From contig NC_014033.1 in assembly GCF_000025925.1 (NCBI RefSeq), positions 2,700,001 to 2,732,000 of the forward strand: 32,000 bases of DNA, given 5' to 3'. Position numbers and translations under genes: made by a program. Numbering within the stretch: position 1 is the stretch's first letter; every line of letters begins with the position of its first letter. Source of the DNA: Xylanibacter ruminicola 23 (GTDB taxonomy: Bacteria > Bacteroidota > Bacteroidia > Bacteroidales > Bacteroidaceae). This document shows, one piece after another, positions 7,769-14,824 of this stretch. Under the pieces are notes generated by a model. The model made no database searches. It saw only the letters and a list, made by a program, of their open reading frames with translations, and was not told where the DNA came from.

Positions 7769-10700
7769 ATGCTTAAAACAATATTCCAGAGACACCTAAT
7801 AGTTATTATAGCCCTTTTCTTTATTTCTGCTGCTATGGCTCAAGAAAAGGCTCATTGGGAACTGATAGATGTTGAGGTTCAGACTCCTCCGGCAAAATAT
7901 GAGTCAAGAGGATCGATGAGCCCTGACAATAATGTCGAGGTAACTTATCGTCTTAGCCGCGGTTCCATCTACATCCAGAAAAAAGTTGTTGAAAGATGTT
8001 TATCAAATTATAGAGACGACCCTGTCAAGCAAAAAAAATGGACTTTAGCACACGACCATAAAGGTGAGACCGCTACAGGACAGTTCATCATCAGTGGACT
8101 TCCAGAAAACATCTATGCTGATAAAGAGGTCGTCTTAAGAGTTTCTTTTACAGCCAACACCAGCTGCCCTCATGGAGATTTATTTGGTATCATAGCACAA
8201 ATCACAGCTATTGACGGCCTCAACAAAGCAAGCGTTAGAGGAAGTTCCAAAATACTTCCAACTTGTAATCAAGAAAAAAACGGGAATATTTCCGTAAGAG
8301 ATTATACGAATGCTATTTTGCGAAAATCTGGTGATTATGGAGAATGGAATGTACCATTTAATATACCTGGCGCACGTATGGATGGAGATCAGACATACCG
8401 ATATATAGGAATCGCTCTAGCAAGATCTTCTTGGGTTTCACAGCCCGAAACACCAATTGTATATTTCAAATACAAGTTCATAAAAGGTGAGAAAGCAAAG
8501 AACAATGACACCCCTACTGATGAAGACGACACGCCAGAATATATTCCACCCTATGAGGAAGATAACGATGCTTCTGACGAGGAAGGTATCTGGAAGTATA
8601 TCATACCGCCATTTGTTGCAGGTGGTCTGGTAGGCTGGTGGAGAAACCGCAAAAAGAAAAAGAAGCAGCAGAAGGATGATGATCCTGAACCAGAACCCGA
8701 AGAGGAGGAAAAGGAAGAGGAGGAAGATGATGAACCCGATCAGCTGCAGATGCAGGTATATAAAAACTTTGGCGATACACTACTTGTTGGTGATAAAGGT
8801 CAGCAGGTAAATGCCCTTATTGTCCGCAAGCCAAAGAAGGGTCCTGAATATGTGGATGAGAATCTGACTCGCCAGATTCAGATTATGAGCGGAGACGAAT
8901 ATCTGCACGTAGAGATGGGCGATATAGAAAACGGTTGGAAGACTGCCTACGTATGGGCACCGGAAGCAGAGAACCCACCTCAAGAGGGAATCGTGAAGTT
9001 CGTGTTGGCCAACGAAGGTGCCAGCTATACCAACCGCCTGCACTTTAAGGTAACCAAGGGTGAAATCATCTTTTTCCAAGAGAACCTTACGCTACCGGCA
9101 TGCTTCGGCCCTGAAGCAAGATTACCATTCTTAGTTAATGGCATTGAAAAAGAGAAAGCCAAGATAACTGCAGCTATCCTTGACATAGAGAATAAACCTA
9201 CCAACGACTACCGCATAGATGTGAAATGGGACGAAAAGAAACAATATTATTTAGCAAACATTAACGACCAACTTCAGGATAAAGAAAAAGACAAAGGTGT
9301 GCCTGGTACTTATGCTACATATGCTATCGAGATTGTTGCAGATAATCAGGACGGGGTTATTATTAAAGGATACCTGCCACTATACCGTTACTACATGGGC
9401 TTGGTATTGGATATTAATCCCAATGTTGCTTGCTATTTGGAGGAGCAGGATCCCATGCGCCACGAACTGCAGCTTCCAAAGGTAAATCGTGATGGCAAGG
9501 AATGCAGGCCAGCAGAGAACCGATGCACATTGAAGCTGTATGACTGGGATGATGAAACCAACGAACTGCTGGTTATTGATCCACGACCTGAGAATATTAT
9601 TTGGAATGTACGCGATGACGAGGGACTGCTAAAAATCGAACTTGATGAAGGTATGGACTTAGATAATTCTGTGGCAGAGCGCCGTCAACGTCTTATCGAA
9701 TACCAGAAGATGCTGGACGCTTTGGGCTTGCAGCTCCAGCCACGATACAATGAAACTGTTGGTCTGTACTATATGCTCTACTGTCGTACAGGTGTGCTAA
9801 ATGCGCCCAACCGCTTCGATGTGGAGTTTGAGATTAGTGCATCCTACCAACCCAAAGACCCCAAGAAACCGAAGATACAAAAATTCAAGCGTGTTGTTCA
9901 CCTACTATCTCAGCCAAAGCGCGAGTTCGCGAGCTACGAAGCAAGAGTGGAAGCAGTGAAACGTGAACGCAAGATAGAAGATGAACTGCGACAATTGGAG
10001 GATGATATCTATATGGCAGGATTAAATGATCGCCTGGCTCCCTTGTTGTTCTTCATTCGCCTGCAAATTGAATTCTATAAAGAAGAGTACGGTTTCTACG
10101 AACGCAATATCAAGGCCATTTACACCACATACCAGCACGTTATGGAAGGCGTTGGACAGGAGGCAATAGAGCGTGCTGAGGCCTGTGACGACCTGGAGCA
10201 GATGACATACGAATGGTTGGAGAGTGCTCACCAAACGATAGAAGACATGCCCCTTGCAGTACGCATTGGCATAGGTTTCGCAACACTGGGCAGTTCAGAG
10301 GCTGCTTTCATGTGTATTGAGGTTCCATACAGCATGAAGAAATATGTTGATGCGGGTGGAAATAGTGTTTACGAGATGTTTAAAGTTGGTGTTACGCCAG
10401 TAGTCAAAGCTTATCTTTTCGAGAACACCTTTAAAGCTGCAGCTTCCGCAGTCAAAATATTCGGAGGTGGAGCCATTAAAGGCGCAAAAGGTTTAGGGAA
10501 AATGGCATGGAATGGCACTATGTCGAGAAAAGCAGTAACGGAGTTTGGTACGCAACTTGGCAAAGGCATGTTAAACGAAGTGAGCACAGGACTGAAGGCT
10601 TGGACAAAAACACAGTTTGGCTGGCAGGTAGGCATGGCAGAAAAGGCTGCAAGGAAATCGGCATTAAGCCTGCTAGAAGAAGGTAAGCAAATAGCTAAGG

Positions 10701-11797
10701 GGAGCCGCTTCAATGCTGCTGAATTATATGGCAAGAATCGTGCTACCCGCAATATACAAGACCTGATGGCGGCAGTAGAGCTATACGACAGTTGTCCTTC
10801 GGTTGAGAATTTCCTGTTGCGTAACAGGATGATTAAAGCATGTCAGGGTGACAAGCGCACCATGTTTATGCTCAAGAATACAGAGCAGCTACTTGCCAAT
10901 CAAAATAATAAGGCGATAGGCAATCTGCTTATCAACAATACGCGAATGCAATTCAACAAGACACTAAAAGGAGTCTACTCACAAGCCGGTAAAGAGTCTA
11001 TCAAAGAACTGGCTAAAGAAACGGGTATTAACCCCGCCATGATCAGAATCAAGAATGCCACGTCATCGAACATCGACGACCTACTGTCAGGAAAGACCGT
11101 AACTTTCGACAACGACATCACATTCTATTATATAGACAAAAATGGCGTAACGAGGTATTTCGATCAAAAGCTGACGGAAAGAATATACAACGCGAAATTC
11201 CGCGAGGCGTTAAATGCCATAACACTACCTAAGAATGCCGCTGGTATAGGCATCAAACCTACAGCTGCACAACTTTTGAAAACTCAAGAACTGGCTGACC
11301 GTTTGGCCAAACACATGGACCAGACAGTAATTGAGGACATTCTGAAACATCATGAGAGTTATGGTGTGGATCTGGAGAAAATGATTGTTAAGGCACTGCA
11401 TGGCGAGGGGCTAAGTAATCCTAAGAAGGTGGCCGATGCTGTATTGCACAAGGGGTTAGACCGCTTCAATTATGCTGCAAAACTTATTAATGCTGCTGAT
11501 GAAATTACAGATAATATACTCAAAAACGAGCTGAAGGCTACAGCTATTGGTGAGATTATGGAGGGTTGTCGCCAACAAGTAAAAGTATTCAAACTGATAG
11601 AGTCGCGCGATATTATGCGGAACTTCACGAGTAAGATTCCCACTAAACTTCGCGAGGCAATAGCCGTTATGGAAGAGATGACATCCAAGGGCAATGCATC
11701 GCTCGGTGAAGTGGAATATGCGTTGCAGCAGTTAGGCTATAATTCGTTTGAGAGCGTCACAAAAGCCGTGTCTGACTTAGTCATAAAAGTAGGATAG
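7769..11797 (+). CDS. Giant B: 1342-aa single-pass membrane protein, unknown family (paralogue of 1547-5389)
   Basis: Uninterrupted 4-kb ORF. Signal peptide MLKTIFQRHLIVIIALFFISAAMAQE, TM IIPPFVAGGLVGWW, then RNRKKKKKQQK and DDDPEPEPEEEEKEEEEDDE. The cytoplasmic region aligns block-wise with giant A. Confidence 0.9.
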   Translation: MLKTIFQRHLIVIIALFFISAAMAQEKAHWELIDVEVQTPPAKYESRGSMSPDNNVEVTYRLSRGSIYIQKKVVERCLSNYRDDPVKQKKWTLAHDHKGETATGQFIISGLPENIYADKEVVLRVSFTANTSCPHGDLFGIIAQITAIDGLNKASVRGSSKILPTCNQEKNGNISVRDYTNAILRKSGDYGEWNVPFNIPGARMDGDQTYRYIGIALARSSWVSQPETPIVYFKYKFIKGEKAKNNDTPTDEDDTPEYIPPYEEDNDASDEEGIWKYIIPPFVAGGLVGWWRNRKKKKKQQKDDDPEPEPEEEEKEEEEDDEPDQLQMQVYKNFGDTLLVGDKGQQVNALIVRKPKKGPEYVDENLTRQIQIMSGDEYLHVEMGDIENGWKTAYVWAPEAENPPQEGIVKFVLANEGASYTNRLHFKVTKGEIIFFQENLTLPACFGPEARLPFLVNGIEKEKAKITAAILDIENKPTNDYRIDVKWDEKKQYYLANINDQLQDKEKDKGVPGTYATYAIEIVADNQDGVIIKGYLPLYRYYMGLVLDINPNVACYLEEQDPMRHELQLPKVNRDGKECRPAENRCTLKLYDWDDETNELLVIDPRPENIIWNVRDDEGLLKIELDEGMDLDNSVAERRQRLIEYQKMLDALGLQLQPRYNETVGLYYMLYCRTGVLNAPNRFDVEFEISASYQPKDPKKPKIQKFKRVVHLLSQPKREFASYEARVEAVKRERKIEDELRQLEDDIYMAGLNDRLAPLLFFIRLQIEFYKEEYGFYERNIKAIYTTYQHVMEGVGQEAIERAEACDDLEQMTYEWLESAHQTIEDMPLAVRIGIGFATLGSSEAAFMCIEVPYSMKKYVDAGGNSVYEMFKVGVTPVVKAYLFENTFKAAASAVKIFGGGAIKGAKGLGKMAWNGTMSRKAVTEFGTQLGKGMLNEVSTGLKAWTKTQFGWQVGMAEKAARKSALSLLEEGKQIAKGSRFNAAELYGKNRATRNIQDLMAAVELYDSCPSVENFLLRNRMIKACQGDKRTMFMLKNTEQLLANQNNKAIGNLLINNTRMQFNKTLKGVYSQAGKESIKELAKETGINPAMIRIKNATSSNIDDLLSGKTVTFDNDITFYYIDKNGVTRYFDQKLTERIYNAKFREALNAITLPKNAAGIGIKPTAAQLLKTQELADRLAKHMDQTVIEDILKHHESYGVDLEKMIVKALHGEGLSNPKKVADAVLHKGLDRFNYAAKLINAADEITDNILKNELKATAIGEIMEGCRQQVKVFKLIESRDIMRNFTSKIPTKLREAIAVMEEMTSKGNASLGEVEYALQQLGYNSFESVTKAVSDLVIKVG

Positions 11798-11817
11798 TAC
11801 ATTAAAAATAGCATAAT

Positions 11818-12426
11818 ATGAGCGAAGATATTAAAAATGGTATTAAGTTATGCCCAGATGGCAAGTACCGTTGGGCCTATGAGGTAAATATGTATCGGAA
11901 CCCAACCATCTTCTATGTGATAGCAAACATGTTCCTGATCTGCTATCTGGTATGCGTTGTGCTCTTCTCGGTCATCAATTTCTGCTTGGACGAGGAGGTG
12001 CTATCATCCATACTGATGTTGACGGGTGTGTTTTTGTTCCTCTTCCTGATCACCATTCCAGCCTATCTGGTTATTGCAGCCATCATGGGAGGCACCTATG
12101 CCGCCCTGTTTGTGATGGACGAAAATGGTATTGAGCACCATCAGATGCCCAAGAAAGTTAAGAAACTTCAGCTGATCAATACCATTGGCGGTTGGATGGG
12201 AGCAGCCAAGGGCGACCTGAGCATGGTGGGACTATCCCTCTTTTCATCTGGTGTACAAGTCACCAAGACAGATTTCAAGAATGTTCGTTTAGTAAAGACA
12301 GCCCCTCGCCGCAATCTTATCAAGCTCACAGAGGCATGGTACAGTTGGAACCACATCTATGTGGATGAAGAGGATTACGACTGGGTTTGCCAATACATCA
12401 AAGATCACTGCCCAACGGCATCATAA
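11818..12426 (+). CDS. Two-TM membrane protein with C-terminal soluble domain, unknown function (last gene of cassette B)
   Basis: ATG 20 nt after the giant B stop. Two long hydrophobic helices (IFYVIANMFLICYLVCVVLFSVINF; ILMLTGVFLFLFLITIPAYLVIAAIMGG) followed by a ~90-aa hydrophilic tail. Confidence 0.75.
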   Translation: MSEDIKNGIKLCPDGKYRWAYEVNMYRNPTIFYVIANMFLICYLVCVVLFSVINFCLDEEVLSSILMLTGVFLFLFLITIPAYLVIAAIMGGTYAALFVMDENGIEHHQMPKKVKKLQLINTIGGWMGAAKGDLSMVGLSLFSSGVQVTKTDFKNVRLVKTAPRRNLIKLTEAWYSWNHIYVDEEDYDWVCQYIKDHCPTAS

Positions 12427-12971
12427 TCTGTAGCAGTTCTAAAGAAAGTCTGCTGTGTTTCCTGGCTACCACGAGTAACAATAATACTATCAGCACCAGG
12501 AAACACATATACTAATCGTCCTTCAAAACGAGCTTCCTCATTATTATATAAGGTATAGAGGCCTTTTCCGCGAGATTGCACTACATATTGTGCAGTACCC
12601 TCCAAACTGTCAGCAGGCATACCCCAATGATTCTCTCGCAAAGCAATGGTTACGGTAACACTTGAGCCGTTCTGATGGAACACAATACTACTACCTGTAG
12701 AGGAGGAAACATAAAGTTGACCAGTTTTAGGCAACGCGTTTTCATCTGTAAGCGGCAAATGAATTTCGCAACCAGCCCCTCGCAACTTATCAGCAAAACC
12801 AGGCGTCATCTCAGCCAGCTGGTCAGCTGTCATCTTCTGTCCCTCTTCACTATTTAAGAGCGTCTCTAACTCATTCTGCGCATTAACATACGACGGATGA
12901 CAGGCTGTTAGGATAGTACTAACAACCAATAACATCGTGATTAATTCAAGTAATTGATAAAAATTCTTCAT
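12405..12971 (-). CDS. Lipoprotein, unknown family (paralogue of 7151-7747)
   Basis: Lipobox (VVSTILTAC). Its ATG overlaps the upstream stop by 1 nt (TAATG at 12969-12973). Shares motifs with the 7151 lipoprotein. Its 3-prime end overlaps the convergent gene 11818-12426 by 22 nt. Confidence 0.8.
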   Translation of the reverse strand: MKNFYQLLELITMLLVVSTILTACHPSYVNAQNELETLLNSEEGQKMTADQLAEMTPGFADKLRGAGCEIHLPLTDENALPKTGQLYVSSSTGSSIVFHQNGSSVTVTIALRENHWGMPADSLEGTAQYVVQSRGKGLYTLYNNEEARFEGRLVYVFPGADSIIVTRGSQETQQTFFRTATDYDAVGQ

Positions 12972-14293
12972 TAGTTCAATATAAATTTATCTGTGGCACC
13001 AGCAGAAGATACTAGGATAGTATGACCATTATCGAGTACCACCACATGGCAGCGTACAAATTCATCGTCCTTCTTTGTTAACGAGTAAGCACTATGACCG
13101 AACGACTTGACAACATAATTTTCGGTGAGGTTGATAGTACCGCGATAGATGTGCTGAGCTGTACCAGTGATTGTGCCATTACTATGTTCTTTTACATCGA
13201 AAATCCATCTCTGAGAGTCTCTATCAGTATATAATTTCCCCGGCAACTTATTTACATCAATACATTTCACCGAGTTGTCCCATGCACCGTCTTGACCAGC
13301 ATAAAAGCCATCGTGAGCATAGTTATTCTTCATGCGACAGCCACTAGCATCTACATAATAAAATTTACCGCCATCCTTTATCCATATACTATGGGCATAG
13401 GTACCACTTGGATAGATATAGACCGTCTCACCTGATTGCAGTGTTTCCCATTTACCTTTATCCGATCCTGCCGTGATGGCATAGCGTGCTGGTGTATAGC
13501 TGGGATCGGTACTGCTGACAGCCTCTGAGAAACTCTCGGCAGATTGGAATATCACCTCTACACCTTTGCTTGATATACGTACCTTCTCTGCGCCAGGATA
13601 GATATAGAGCTCAGCATCGGGAGTCATTCCATCCGACTTATAAAGCGTAAAGTGCCCCTTACCTGAGGGGCTTATCTTCACGATATCATGTCCCTTAGTA
13701 TCGTCTGTTGAGAAATAAACGACATATACAGGTTCGGAACTACTCTCACTTTTGGCAAAACCAATCTTTGTATTAAGTTCTCTGTTGATATACTCCTTCC
13801 CAATAGGGAGTGTTTCTTCACCATTCTCTTCTGAAGCTTCACTATCCTTAGATAAGGATACACCTGAAACACCTACAATATTAATAGTATCCTCTGGAGT
13901 TTCAATGCTGTCTAAGATGCCCCTGCTTTCTTTTTCATCATCCTGATAAAACAGGTAGGCCATAATTCCACTACAGACTAGGAAAGCAACCAACAGAACC
14001 AAACACCCTTTGAGCATGCACCCCCTCGACAAAGAACCAGGAGTGCTACTACGCTCAACATACTTACTCTTTGGTTTGGGCTCTGACGACTGCGAGGCGG
14101 GACGAGGCTCATATGGTGGAGGTACAGATCCTCTATGTTCGCGCTTTGGTTGTTTAGGCGATTCCTCATCAGGTTCAAGGTCGAACACAAGAGGAGGAGG
14201 TGTTGACCGTCTTACATCCATACGGGCACCACAACCACCACAGAATTTCACATTGTCATCATTGGAATGACCACACTTTTCACAAATTGCCAT
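12971..14293 (-). CDS. Zinc-ribbon - Pro-rich linker - TM - exported domain protein
   Basis: N-terminal CEKCG...FCGGCG zinc ribbon, Pro/Ser-rich linker, TM GCLVLLVAFLVCSGIMAYLFY, and a ~320-aa exported part. The exported part contains a copy of the lipoprotein domain (SPSGKGHFTLYKSDG...LYIYPGAEKVRISSKG) and one cell-wall-binding-repeat-like stretch (WIKDGGKFYYVDASGCRM). Confidence 0.8.
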   Translation of the reverse strand: MAICEKCGHSNDDNVKFCGGCGARMDVRRSTPPPLVFDLEPDEESPKQPKREHRGSVPPPYEPRPASQSSEPKPKSKYVERSSTPGSLSRGCMLKGCLVLLVAFLVCSGIMAYLFYQDDEKESRGILDSIETPEDTINIVGVSGVSLSKDSEASEENGEETLPIGKEYINRELNTKIGFAKSESSSEPVYVVYFSTDDTKGHDIVKISPSGKGHFTLYKSDGMTPDAELYIYPGAEKVRISSKGVEVIFQSAESFSEAVSSTDPSYTPARYAITAGSDKGKWETLQSGETVYIYPSGTYAHSIWIKDGGKFYYVDASGCRMKNNYAHDGFYAGQDGAWDNSVKCIDVNKLPGKLYTDRDSQRWIFDVKEHSNGTITGTAQHIYRGTINLTENYVVKSFGHSAYSLTKKDDEFVRCHVVVLDNGHTILVSSAGATDKFILN

Positions 14294-14312
14294 AAGTTAT
14301 AGCATTTTATAA

Positions 14313-14720
14313 TCAATCTTTTGTGTTGACATTAAACACAGACTCTGTCTCAGAAGAAGAGTTGTTATTCTTCTTGTTATTGGAAGTTTTCTTTTCGAGC
14401 AGTTTCTTTTTTACTGCTTTATCTGCTTCTTTGCGATCAATTTTAGACAATGATTTCTTTGAAATCTCATCTATTGCTTGCGCTCTGATCTTGTCAGCTT
14501 CCTTCTTTTCACTAACAGTGACAGAGTATTTATACTCACCGAGATTGTCGCCATTAGAATTAGTCCAGATTTTCACACCATTCTTAATGGTGGTGTGAAC
14601 CCCAGGAGCCTTATCGTTAACCACATACTTATATACAAGCGCTCTTTCTTTGAGCGATTGGGCATTAACACCAGCTACAAAAGCCATCAAGGTCGCCACA
14701 CATAATAGAATCTTTTTCAT
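14313..14720 (-). CDS. Small secreted Lys-rich protein (signal peptide ending VNAQ), first gene of cassette C
   Basis: ATG at 14720 (MKKILLCVATLMAFVAGVNAQ); alternative ATGs at 14726 and 14729. TATCTTTG box at 14743-14750. C-terminal K/N/S low-complexity region. Confidence 0.65.
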   Translation of the reverse strand: MKKILLCVATLMAFVAGVNAQSLKERALVYKYVVNDKAPGVHTTIKNGVKIWTNSNGDNLGEYKYSVTVSEKKEADKIRAQAIDEISKKSLSKIDRKEADKAVKKKLLEKKTSNNKKNNNSSSETESVFNVNTKD

Positions 14721-14742
14721 AAGCATCATATTTTTTGTGGGG

Positions 14743-14750
14743 CAAAGATA
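14743..14750 (-). promoter_or_regulatory. Bacteroidota -7 promoter box (TATCTTTG) for cassette C operon
   Basis: Exact TAnnTTTG on the minus strand, just upstream of the 14720-14729 ATGs. Confidence 0.5.
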
Positions 14751-14770
14751 GCCATAATAGCCCATAAAGC

Positions 14771-14822
14771 GACTATCAAAAATTGCAAAACGACTGACAA
14801 TTCTTGTTTTGTCAGTCGTTTT
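14771..14822. repeat. 52-nt promoter-upstream element, copy L2 (homologous to 7031-7082)
   Basis: 41/52 identity with L1 in the same orientation and the same 21-nt distance from the -7 box. GACTATCAA (14771) and GACTGACAA (14792) are direct repeats 21 bp apart, with an inverted TTGTCAGTC at 14809. Confidence 0.75.
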
Positions 14823-14824
14823 GC
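14785..14824 (-). terminator. Rho-independent terminator of the AraC-type gene (perfect 16-bp stem, 8-nt loop)
   Basis: GCAAAACGACTGACAA-ttcttgtt-TTGTCAGTCGTTTTGC. On the minus strand it is followed by AATTTTTGA. The stem overlaps the regulator's TGA stop (14812-14814). Confidence 0.75.

Noticed and set aside
10460-10500. Walker-A-like GAKGLGKM in giant B
   Set aside because: It ends in Met rather than Ser/Thr and is not conserved at the equivalent position of giant A. The conserved SGKT[IV]T block in both giants also lacks the G/A at position -5.
832-14765. Impression that parts of the novel locus, especially giant B and the small genes, are more AT-rich than the housekeeping genes, hinting at horizontal acquisition
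   Set aside because: I hand-counted only a few 60-nt lines: about 38-47% GC in giant B, 43-55% in giant A and 55% in ackA. The spread overlaps, so a sliding-window GC and codon-usage calculation is needed before any claim. No integrase, tRNA or direct repeats flank the region.
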